Part shown: positions 52,896 through 64,000 of the stretch, piece after piece
Layout of the letters: each line of letters begins with the position of its first letter
How positions within the stretch are numbered: the first letter of the stretch is position 1
Source of the DNA: Octopus sinensis
Lineage: Eukaryota
Length of the DNA stretch: 64,000 nt
Assembly (NCBI RefSeq): GCF_006345805.1
Contig: NC_043007.1
Location: 74,152,001 to 74,216,000 of the forward strand
Direction: 5' to 3'
Made by a program: the position numbers and the translations under genes
Notes under the pieces: model-generated
The model's database searches: none
What the model was told of the DNA's origin: nothing
What the model saw: the letters and a program-made list of their open reading frames with translations, nothing else

Positions 52896-53829
52896 GTGTG
52901 TGTGTGCATGTGTGTAAATAAACAATGGTTGGTGGGCTTAATGCAATGGGGAAAGGCTACAGTTTTTAAGAGTAGTGTTTTCCAGTTTGATAGCAGAAAA
53001 TTGTCAAGATGCTTACATCTTGTGAAAATTACCAATTTTGAGTTCAGTAGGTTGGTGGAGTTCTTGGATTTAAAAAGGATATGAGTTCTTTCAGCTATAC
53101 AAAGCCTGCACCTCCTTGATTTGTTAATGTATAGTGTAGCTCATTCTGTGATGCTCCATTTAATGTTGTATGGGGTATTTTTGGCCTTCAGTTCCAAATG
53201 TGACAAGCTAGCTAAGTCCTTTTATTTTTGTCTACTTTAATCTCTTCAGTTACTCATTTCTTGCTTACTTCTTGTTGATGGATCCATTACATTTGACAGT
53301 TTCATCCTGTCAAAGATACTTATAGTTCTTCTCAGGAGTAAATTTAAAGATGTTCATGTTTAGATGTTTGTGGAAGAACAAAATATACACATCTGGGGGT
53401 CATTAAATGTCATTCAAGTATCTGTGAAAAATTGGGTGATTTGAGTCAATTGAATTTTGGTGTGATTGATATCTGCCTATACAGCTCCAGGTTGTCTGCA
53501 AAAAAAAAAAGTGAGAAACATATGTATATATATGTGGACATACAGAGTGATCACTAGGAAAGGAGAAAATTCATGAAATGCCAATTTATATTAGTTCTGC
53601 CTTCAAATTTTTCACTTTTCTAGTGTCCACCCTGTGCAAAGCAGACATACAAACATGTCAAATTTACTTATTTCTCTGTAGATTGAGAAAAAAATGACTA
53701 ATATCTTTAATTGATTTTTGACCCTTATTGGGTATCATCAAAGGTGTCTTCCTCAATTGATCAATCCCAGAGAAACAAGTAAATTCTTTGTATATGTATA
53801 TAGCAAATCTAGTGGCTTCAGAGAACTGG

Positions 53830-54077
53830 AGATGTGTGTGTGTGTGTGTGGTGTGTGAGTGTTTGTGTGTGTGTGTGTGTATGAGTCGTGTGTTTGTTGT
53901 GAGCATTTGTGTGTGTGTGTATTTGTGTTGTGTGTTTGTGTGTGTGTGTGAGTGTGTCTGTGTGTGAGTGTGTGTGAGTGTCTGTGTGTGTGTGTGAGTG
54001 TGTGTGAGTGTTTTTGTGTGTGTGCATATGAGTTGTGTGTTTGTGTTGTGTGTTTGTGTGTGTGTGTGTGTGTGTTT

Positions 54078-54133
<56 letters not shown>

Positions 54134-54198
54134 TGTGTGTGAGTGCCATTAAAGATGTGATGTAAGGTAACAAGTCAATGAAACTTTTGTGTGTGTTT

Positions 54199-54265
<67 letters not shown>

Positions 54266-54315
54266 GTGAGTGCCATTAAAGATGTGATGTAAGGTAACAA
54301 GTCAATGAAACTTCT
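53830..54315. repeat. (TG)n-rich tract with a duplicated ~47-bp unique segment
   Basis: gagtgccattaaagatgtgatgtaaggtaacaagtcaatgaaactt occurs at about 54140 and 54268. Confidence 0.85.
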
Positions 54316-54639
54316 CTAAGAAAATGTACAACAAAACTAGAAAACTATGAAAAAGTCTCACAATTTTCAATCTCACAATCTAGAAAATCTCAGTTTCATA
54401 GCACCTCTTGAAAGACTTACTCGTGGTAAAATATAGACTGATTTCACTAAAGAAACGTGTTACATCAGAACATGCAAATATTCTCTAATTTGTATTGTCA
54501 TACAGTCATACTGTCATACTGTCATACTGTCATACTTCCTCAGTATTTGAAGATTGTATTGTTTTCTTTTCTAAATGTAAAATTACTTTTATATTGTTGA
54601 TTTCAGTATTATGTATTATTACTGTAATATTATTTTCAG

Positions 54640-54724
54640 ACTCTTGGATTTGGAGAAGATGTTGCTGGTGCCACGTTTATGGCTGCTGGAAGTTCCGCTC
54701 CAGAATTATTTACATCTATAATTG
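54640..54724 (+). CDS. SLC24A: SLC24/NCKX exon: [28 protein letters not shown](G), alpha-1 repeat
   Basis: Acceptor ttttcAG, donor G|GTGAG, 85 bp. Contains the diagnostic [18 protein letters not shown] motif. Confidence 0.97.
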
Positions 54725-55109
54725 GTGAGATTCTTTCCCTTTTTTTTCCGTTTTTTTTTTTTTTTTTACTTTTTCACTATTAGGTATTGATAATCGGAAA
54801 TAATCAAATCCTATTATTGATCACCTTTCAATAAATTACATAACACCGTTTAGGGCAGCAACTTCCCAACAGTCACAAATCAGGGACAAATCATTGGAAT
54901 ATTAAAGTAAAAGAGACTTACAACGGAGATGAAATTCCAGTTTGAATTATAAGTTTTTGGCACAATATTGCAGAGGCCCCTCAATAAAACAACATTTCAG
55001 TTGTTGGAATTGAAGAACTATAAACAGAAAGAAGAAATATTTGCTGTGTATGGTTTAATTCCGATCAGTCATATTTGGCAACCTTACCATTTTGAAGTAT
55101 ATACGTTAA

Positions 55110-55329
55110 CCCTTTCGTTACTGTATTTATTTTGAGATGTTCTGTATTTCTTTCAATTATTTTAAATATAACAAAGAATTTAGTAAAATAATTTAGTTAT
55201 CATTAAGCTAGTGTTAGGAACATAAATTGTGACTAAGGCTTGGTGGGATATTCTAATTTAAAACTTACGAAAACAAGACATTTTACCACAGAGTCAGAGC
55301 CAGTTTTGGCCGGATTGGTAACAAAAGGG
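55110..55329. mobile_element. piggyBac-type MITE
   Basis: TTAA|CCCTTTCGTTAC ... GTAACAAAAGGG|TTAA. Confidence 0.85.
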
Positions 55330-55334
55330 TTAAT

Positions 55335-55496
55335 AGCAATGAAAATGTATTTTTTGATATTTTTTGGTGTATTTCAACCAGAAAAATGTTCACTTAAAGA
55401 GAATAACAAGCTACATAATGCAACATTTTTACTTTTCAAAAATTCCAATTCTAAAGAGTCGAAACAAACAAGAGCAACGCCGGGCAATACTGCTAG
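55335..55496 (+). mobile_element. Possible Helitron 3' end
   Basis: gagcaacgccgggcaatactgCTAG|t, a typical GC-rich segment followed by CTAG before T. Confidence 0.4.
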
Positions 55497-57274
55497 TATA
55501 TGATAAAAAGTGTTAATGTTAATCTATAAAATGCATTATTTAAGTATAATGTTAATCATATTTTGAAATAGCTGGACAAGAAGCACATCTTCCTTGAGTT
55601 AAACTTCTAAAGCAAGAATAATAGCTGTTGCTTAACTCCAGGTCATCCTTAGTTCTCAACAAAAGTGTGCCAACCATGACACTCCAGTTTATGTTTCTTC
55701 AGACTTAATGTGTCAAGGGTTGCAGTAACCAAAATGTCCTTATTTTAAAGTATAGTGTGTGACTTGGAAGACATTTGGTTACAGTTTTTAGCAGTTAATT
55801 AACCACAGAAAGACTCTTGCCAGATACAGAATTGCTTAATTTATTTAACAGGCTAGAAATAAAAAAATTATGACTAGACTACAAACATAGGCTAGCCTAA
55901 CTTTATACCTTGGATAAACTAAACTTGCATCATTTGACCTGTAGAAGTCCTAAAACAAACTGTTTCTCTGTTGACAAGTGAAAACTTATGTGGTAGCTAC
56001 ACTAACAAAAACCTTACAAAATTACTTGACATTTTAACAAAGAAACTTTGCCATGTGCTTTTGGCATTTATAAGGAAAATACTTGCTGTTTCTGACTCCT
56101 GAAAACTTTGTAAAGAACTATAATGCTATGAAAGTTCATAGAAGTGTTTGATATGCTCAGTTTCAAATGCGGCAAGCTAGCAGAAACTTTATCACTCCGG
56201 GTGAAATGCTCAGCAGTATTTCGTCTGTCTTTATACTCTGAGTTCAAATTCTGCTAAGGTCACCTTTGCCTTTCATCCTTTCAGGGTCGATAAATTAAGT
56301 ACCAGTTGTATACTGGGGTCGATCAAATCGACTGGCCCTCACTCCTCAAAAATTTCAGGCCTTGTGCCTAGAGTAGGAAAGATAATCTTTTAAACAGTTA
56401 TATATTAAAGGCGGCAAGCTGGCAGAAACGTTAGCATGCTGGGCAAATGCTTAGCAGTATTTCGTCTGTCTTTATGTTTTAAGTTCAAATTATGCTGAGG
56501 TTGGTTTTGCCTTTCATCCCTTCAATGTCAATAAATTAAGGACCAGTTGTGTATTGGGGTCGATCTAAACTACTGTCTCCCTCTCCAAAAATTTCAGACC
56601 TTGTGCCTAGAGTAGAAATGAGATGTTCAGTTTCCATGAAAAGTGAAGAACATAATACTTTGGGTCTTTGTTCTTTATCTGATATTCCCAGTTTTTGATT
56701 TCAGTCAAGTAGAATGAATAATTGTGTCTGCAGATTCCATTCCCTTACACTATAATATAATGGACTTTTGTATCTTAAGATCTTTATGAAATATCTCAAG
56801 GGAATTAAAAGACAACTCTAAATTAAATGAGGCAATCTATGTTTCCATTTACAATCTAAGATTACTAAATGCCATAATAACACATCTAATGAAGGAATAT
56901 AATTTGATAATGTTCACTTTTTGGAATCAAATATTCATCAACATCAGTAAAATTACGTTTTTTTTAAATTTTATCTCAACTTTATATCCTCACTTTTCAA
57001 ACTGCATTACAGGAAACAGTTAAACATTAAATGAATAGGTTGGTATTTCTTAAAATCAAGTTTACGTATTAATAATGGTTTCAAATTTTGGCACAAGGCC
57101 AGCAATTTCAGAGGAGGTGGTGAGCTGATTACATTGACCCCTGTGTCCATCTGATACTTATTCTATCTACCTCAAAAGGATGAAAGGTAAAGCTGGCCTT
57201 GGTAGAATTTGAATTCTGAATATAAAGACAGACAAAATGTCATTAAGCATTTAGTCCAGCATTGCAATGGTTCT

Positions 57275-57874
57275 GGATCTTTACCTTTTGACCTACAGAT
57301 TTAAAAATTAATATTTTGTAACTAAACACTTTCAAACTTCAGACACTGGCAGAATGTGTCATATAAAACTTATATTTACGAAGTTATTTCACGTTAAAGT
57401 TCTTGTATTTCGGTAATTTCAACCAATCAATGGTGTTTATTCAGCTGAATAAAAATGCTGCTGTTGTTTGTCAACAAGAACTTCCAGCGATGTATATTTC
57501 GTTTGTCACTGTAATTTATGACAACCCTGACACTAATCCTAAAACCTTAACCCTAACCCTAAAATCTTAAAACCAGTACAAACACACAAACGATGTCATA
57601 AATAACAGTAACATATGAAAAATACACTGCTGATAGTTGTTGTTGACAAAGAACGGCAGTAATTTTTTTCAGCTGAATACACGTCATTGATTGGTTGAAA
57701 TTACCGAAATACAAGAACTTTAATGTGAAATAACTTCGTAAATATAAGTTTTTCTCAAAAATGCTAAGAGTAAAAGATGTTTTATATGACACATTCTTCC
57801 ATTGTCCGAAGTTTGAAAGTGTTTAGTTACAAAAAAATCATTTTTTAAATCTGTCGGTCAAAAGGTAAAGATCC
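57275..57874. mobile_element. Same MITE family, copy 2, inserted into a SINE head
   Basis: Termini GGATCTTTACC and GGTAAAGATCC. TSD ATGGTTCT/ATGATTCT (7/8 match). Arms are homologous to copy 1, with a central cctaaaaccttaaccctaacccta tract. Confidence 0.85.
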
Positions 57875-58523
57875 ATGATTCTGCCAGCTTGCCACTTTTG
57901 TTCACATGTTAATATTACCAACCTATCAAGGTGGCAAGCTGGCGGTATCATTAACATGCTGAGCAAAATGCTTAGTGGCATTTCATCTGTCTTTAATGTT
58001 CTAAGTTCAAATTTCACCAAGGTTGATTTTACCTTTCAATTTTTTAAGAATCAATAAAATAAGTACCAGTTGAACACAGGGTTTGATGTAATCAACCTAA
58101 CCCCACCCTGAAATTGCTGGCATTGTGCCAAAATTTGAAACCAGCATTAACGACCGGTTATTCCACTCAGTTTTTGACTCCCTGAATGGTGAATAGAAGA
58201 ATTTTATACAAATATATTAAACAAGAAGTGCAAACACTTTTTAAAGCAGTTTTCAAATATTTGAATTGTAATTTAGTAAAGCTGTAATTCAGTACAATTC
58301 AGAAAAACAGGTTTTATAATAAAATTAACTTCACAAGATTTTCTTATTTTTCCAGATAATTTTCAGTTCTTGACATGTTGAATCATTCAAGACTAGCAAC
58401 ACTATTAAATAATTTTATACAAAGAATAGTTAAATCAGAGGAATTTAGTTTAATTTTTTGAGTTACATTCATTTAAAGCACATCTTTTTGTAATATAATT
58501 CTACAGGTTTTTATTTCTTTTAG

Positions 58524-58627
58524 GTGTGTTTGTAACAAAAGGAGATGTTGGAGTCGGGACAATTGTTGGATCAGCTGTATTTAATATACTTTTTGTGATT
58601 GGTTTATGTGGACTTGTAACTGTACAG
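58524..58627 (+). CDS. SLC24A: SLC24/NCKX exon: (G)VFVTKGDVGVGTIVGSAVFNILFVIGLCGLVTVQ
   Basis: Acceptor tttcttttAG, donor CAG|GTAATT, 104 bp, which restores phase 0. Contains the GDVGVGTIVGSAVFNIL motif. Confidence 0.97.
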
Positions 58628-59115
58628 GTAATTGGTTTTCAAAAATTTCCTCGGTAAATATTATAATTTACGCATATATTGATAGCTGAAAATACATGTA
58701 TAGTTATGTATAAATTTGACATTTAAACTGAAGGACTCATTTGAAACAATGACACAGCTACAAAACATTTGCTTGTAAAATAAAAATGTGTCATATTTCT
58801 TCAGTTCTAACTTGGGAAGAAAATGCATAAATAGTTTGGCAATAGTTTAAAATATAATGATGCTTAAGAACAGGGTCAGAATAAGTATACTCTCTCTTTA
58901 CTCTTCACTCTTTTACTTGTTTCAGTCATTTGACTGTGGCCATGCTGGAGCACCACCTTTAGTTGAGCAAATCGACCACAAGACTTATTCTTTGTAAGCC
59001 TAGTACTTATTCTATCGTTCTCTTTTGCCGAACTGCTAAGTTATGGGGACGTAAACACACCAGCATTGGTTGTCAAGCGATGTTGGGGGGTGGGGACAAA
59101 CACAGACATACAAAT

Positions 59116-59176
<61 letters not shown>

Positions 59177-59939
59177 TACAATAGGCTTCTTTCAGTTTCC
59201 ATCTACGAAATCCACTCACAAGGCTTTGCTCAGCTCTAGGCTATAGTAGAAGACACTTGCCCAAGGTGCCATGCAGTGGGACTGAACCCAGAACCATGTG
59301 GTTGGTAAGCAAGCTACTTACCACACAGCCACTCCTGTACGTATAATATTGTTTTATTGTATTAGCATTACTGTTATATTTTCATCTGTGTATATATGTG
59401 TTCCCTTGTCCAGACATCAGATGATAGTTGTAAATGAGCATCATCCTCATACAAGCAGCTGTTAGATTCTAGTCTTCTGTGAAAACATCTAGCCTTGGAG
59501 AAAACAAAAGGTTTGTGATTGGAACGGCATCACGCTGTAGAAAATTTGCTTCAGCAAATTCCATGGAAAGGCTGATGTTCAATGAGAACGATAAAAGGAT
59601 GATGATACCTAAGGATGTCTCTCAGCAGTTTCTTGCTCTTCTTTACCGTCCTTGAAAGTTTCTCCAAAGATAGACCAATATTACATCTGAATTACCAAAA
59701 AAATTATTCATTTCACTCATTATATTTAGTCTCCTTGTCTTTGCCACAGATGTTATCTCATACTTTAGCAACCATTCCATTTTTTGTCTGTCAGCTTTTT
59801 AATGCTGCCTAAAAACCATGGTCACTTGTTCTTTTACTGAAAATTTAGATTCAAACTTTTTTTTGATGATTATTTTTCCTAAATTCTCTTCCATTTTTTG
59901 TACTTCGTTTCTGGACTCAGCAAATCTATTTAATCTTTT

Positions 59940-60145
59940 AACATTTTAACCAGTTATGTCCAGCCCAAATATTCCACCTGACCAGATGCAGTTTCTCACA
60001 CCTAGCCTACAATGTCATCTTTAAAAAAATTAACAGTTACATCGTCAAAATTTCACAGATACAAAATAATACATAATTAATTTCAAAACAATGTAAATAA
60101 ACAAGCATTACTTTTGACAGAATAATGAGAATGCTAAAGGGTTAA
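59940..60145. mobile_element. piggyBac-type MITE, one end decayed; a related fragment lies at about 34805-34910
   Basis: Right end gaatgctaaaggg|ttaa. The reverse complement aligns with aaacccttcagcattcagattattcc at 34805. Confidence 0.55.
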
Positions 60146-60844
60146 ATCCATACTTCTTAAGCCCTTTACTCCCTATGGCTCAGGTGACATAAACCATCAG
60201 TGACTTTCCTCCACTGTTCTCAACATTGGGTTGTCTTCTGCTTCTTTCCAGTTGGATATCCCTTTATTTCTTTTTTTAACTTTTGGATTTTGCAGCACCA
60301 CCTTATGTTTCCCTGAGGGAAAGCCTTTCTTTCTCAGTTCTGTTTGGTTTCGAAATATCACCAATAATTCTGTAACTTTTCTTTTTTTCTAGGTAGGGGT
60401 GTTGGCCCTACACAAACCCATTTTTACCTCTGAGAAAAAGTGACCCATATTAGTCTGACCTCCTTCCTGTGCCCTGACCAGTATGAGAGGCACTTTTGGG
60501 AGCTTGTGCTCTACTGACATAGTTTGCAGGGTCACTGAAGCACACAAGCCACGCTGCAAAAAGGACAGGCCTTGATCTGGATCTTAACCACATGCTCGAC
60601 TGTATTTTGGTTAATCCCTTTCACATTTCACATTTTGTTACATCATGCCTCAAAGGGTAGCTCCTTCCCATCTCCATTTCTTTCCAGCTGGGTATGCCAT
60701 GTATTCACCTCTTCAGCAAGGCACCTGTTCCTGCACATCTGTCATACATTCATATCCTTCAATACTATCCAACACAATTTCAAGGGGACAGACATGACTG
60801 ATAAACTGATATATAGTGATTATAGACTTACAAATAACTGCTTT

Positions 60845-61106
60845 GTGGAGGCATGTGGCTTAGTGGTTAGGGTGTCAGCATCATGATCGTAAGATTGTGG
60901 TTTCGATTCCTGGACCGGGCAACGCGTTGTGTTCTTGAGCAAAACACTTCATTTCACATTGCTCCAGTCCACTCTGCTGGCAGAAATGGGTAACACTGCG
61001 ATGGACTGGCGTCCCATCCAGCTGGGGAACACATGTGCCACGGAAACTGGGAAACCGGGCCCATGAGCCTGGCTAGGCTTTAAAAAGGGCACATTTATTT
61101 ATTATT
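60845..61106 (+). mobile_element. Same CORE+V-like SINE
   Basis: 12-bp TSD AATAACTGCTTT, body ctgcgatggactggcgtcccatccagctgggg. Confidence 0.85.
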
Positions 61107-62007
61107 AATAACTGCTTTAAAACAATAGAGGGATAAAATTTGATTTGTGAAGAACTAAATTAGATACAGTAAAACATCCCTTCAGAGGCTATGTTTTGGA
61201 CATATTAAGAAATGAAATAATTCCTTTTAGGTATATTTAATTATGTCTGGATCTAACATGAATAATAACTGATGTTTAACCACGTGCGCACTTGTGTGTG
61301 TGGGGGGGGGGGATCGTGTGTGATATTCATAAGAATTGACATTTTATCTACATGCATTCACAGTTTTTATATATTTCATGAAATTTTTGCACATGTATCT
61401 TGAGAGGATCATTGTGTCAGTAATAAACACATGCACTGGTTCTATTTCACTTCTTTTATTATTAAATATTATTCATCAGTTTGTTAACATTTAACCAATT
61501 AACTAATCAGTCAATCAATCAACAAAGTTTGTCAGTCCTTTTGCCACCATTCATGACCTCATTAATGAATGACATGTCCTCTTTCCTCCAAATTTGCTTC
61601 AGGTCTATCTGCCTGTTTACAGATTGTATCATTAAAAAAATTTTATACTTTTACTCATATATATCTCTAAAAACCTTTGTTTCATTTAAACACCAATATT
61701 TCATCATCATCATCATTTCACATTTGTTTTCCATCTTGGCATTAGTTGGGTGGTTTGACAGGAGCTAGCAAGGCCAGGAGCTGCCCCAGGTTCCATAGTC
61801 TGTTTTGGCATGGTTTCTACAGCTAAAACAGTCTATGGAACCTGGGCTGGCTCCTGGCCTTGCCAGCATCTGTCAAACCACCCAACCCATGCCTGCATAT
61901 TTCCTGCATATAATATATTCATTTATTAGCAAATTGTTAAAATATTTGATGTGAAAGTTGAAAACCAGTTTTAAGATAGAGGTGAAATATTTTACATAAT
62001 GGCACAG

Positions 62008-63200
62008 TATTGGATTATCCCATAAATAATGCAGTTTTTTTAATACTTTTATTTTTCAAAATTAAGATAAACAAATATACTCCCTCTCATTTTCTACAAT
62101 GCTCTTCCATCTATCTGCTAGACTTGCCAGGCCCCTCTTCCAAAATTCCCTTGTCCAAGACACAAAATACTCCTCCAGTACTGTTCTAACCTCGTCTACA
62201 GAGTTCATATTTTTTCCATCCAAATGTCTTTGAAGACTGCAGAATAAATGATAATCAGATGGAGAAATGTCTGGTGAATATAATGAGTGGCACATTGTTT
62301 CCCATGCAAACTGTTCCAGCCTTTCGAATGTCATCCTCGCTGTATGTGGCTGAGCGCTATTCTGATGGAAGAATACCTTTCATTTTGAAACCAAACACAG
62401 TCGTTTTTCTTCTAGTGCTGACTTAAGCTGCTCAAGCTACTCACAGTAGATCTCCTTTGTTATCATTTGGTTTGGGTTAAAAGTTTAAAGTGGACTAAAC
62501 CTTTCATATCCCACCAAACAGATAACAACACCTTGCATGGATGAAGACCTTCTTTAGCCTGGGTTGCCAGTGTTTCTCCTTTCCTTACCCACTGCCTTCA
62601 GTGCTTGACATTTTTATAGAGAACCCATTTCTCATCACTAGTCACTATTCAGTCCAAAACCAAATTCATGAGTTTAATTCATGAGATGTGACTGCAAGGA
62701 AGAGCAGGCATTCACTCTCTGTGTGCGATTAGACTTGGAAAGTTTATGAGGAACCCATTGACCCAATTTCCTGACTTTTCTGACAGCATGCAGGTGTCAA
62801 TGAATGGTTGAAGGACTAAATCCAAGCTTCTCAACAGGGTTTGCAGGACATCCGTGTCAAGTTCTACAGATCTTCTAGGATGAAGCTCATCTTCTAGGCT
62901 ATAGTTTCCAGTTTGGAATTTCTGGAACCACTGTTGACACTGGCTTACACTTATTGTCTGATCCCCATATACAGCATTAATATTCCTCACTCTTTCCGTT
63001 GCATTGTTGCCTTTATTGAATTCATAAAGCAAAATATGCCAAATATGTTCCTTTGTCACTTCCATTATAGCTTTGAAAAAATAACTGTTAAAATCGAGCT
63101 GTACTGTCCAAAACTTGCACTATAATTAAGGACAGGGTAAAATTACTACCTGCTTTTATAGCAAGTTGATGCAGGTAGTTTATCCCATCCCCCTCTGCAT
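62008..63200 (-). pseudogene. Decayed mariner transposon with transposase pseudogene
   Basis: MEVTKEHIWHILLYEF...VYGDQTISVSQCQQWFQKF, IVTSDEKWVLYKN, FHQNSAQPHTAR and YSPDISPSDYHLF, with stops and frameshifts. One TIR TATTGGATTATCCCATAAATAATGC at 62008; the other is not intact. Confidence 0.9.
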
Positions 63201-63522
63201 TGCTTAGAAAATATTTTTCATTTTAAACCTCGTATATAATACACACTAGGGGATTTTGACCTTTAAATTTTGCGAAAAAAATGCGGATTATACTCGAAGA
63301 TTTATGGTAAATGCAGAAGAGACATACATACATGCATAAAAAACATACTCTTACACATACTTATGTATATATCACACCTTAAAACCAGTAACAGTGTTTT
63401 TGTCTTTTCTCTATACTGCCATTTAAGCATTCAAACTTTCATATATTTTAAAGACTTATAGCAACTAATGACTCATTGCTGAGACTATAATGACTTATGC
63501 TGAGAAGTTTTATTACTTTTAG

Positions 63523-63597
63523 GCTGTATCCTTATCATGGTGGCCCCTATGCAGAGATTCCATTTACTATTCTTTTGCTGTTGTCGTTTTAGTTTTG
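63523..63597 (+). CDS. SLC24A: SLC24/NCKX exon: AVSLSWWPLCRDSIYYSFAVVVLVL
   Basis: Acceptor tacttttAG, donor TTG|GTGAGT, 75 bp. Contains the 'WWPL.RDS.YY' motif. The gene continues beyond the window. Confidence 0.95.
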
Positions 63598-64000
63598 GTG
63601 AGTAATAAACATTTCAATTAAAATAATTGTTGTTATAAGTATACCTTTTCGCTTCTTTCATTCGTTTCATGTCATTTTTAATGTTTAATATATAAAACAC
63701 TGCTTTAAATGTTGCTTTATTTTATACAATGTCATAAAAATAATAATAATAAAGTAAAGACCCCCTTCGGTCATGAATGACCATGGGATTGCACCTAGAA
63801 AGTTACCCTCCTAGACACAAGTCTGGGCAAGGCTGTTTATGGAAGACCAGCAGTCGCCCATGCATACCGGCCTCCCCTCTCCACGCCACCAGTGTTATCC
63901 AAGGGAAAGACAAAGGCCGATACAACCTGGCACCTGTGACGTCGCAACTCATTTCTACAGCTGAGTGAACTGGAGCAACGTGAAATAAAGTGCCTTGCTC

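Overview
This is eukaryotic, AT-rich genomic DNA dominated by repeats and microsatellites. The SINE and microsatellite repertoire resembles an octopus (coleoid cephalopod) genome; that is my recognition and was not searched. One + strand protein-coding gene spans the window. Five exons (1494-1803, 36533-36684, 54640-54724, 58524-58627, 63523-63597) splice in frame via GT-AG junctions into the N-terminal 242 codons of a K+-dependent Na+/Ca2+ exchanger (SLC24/NCKX), with introns of 34.7, 18.0, 3.8 and 4.9 kb. The introns contain several tRNA-headed SINE families built from swappable modules, RTE LINE fragments, Penelope-like and Helitron fragments, a decayed mariner, and several MITE families. 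The most striking element is at 39994-40857. It is a very young 361-bp monomer carrying a type I hammerhead-ribozyme fold, present as two ~1.2-unit, differently permuted, inverted copies inserted in a (TA)n tract, which is the pattern expected of a retrozyme or Penelope-derived circular-RNA element. Two more degenerate hammerhead folds and several fold-back insertions also lie in the introns. Almost all ORFs in the supplied track are microsatellite or SINE artefacts. All structures were read by eye, and SINE boundaries are approximate.
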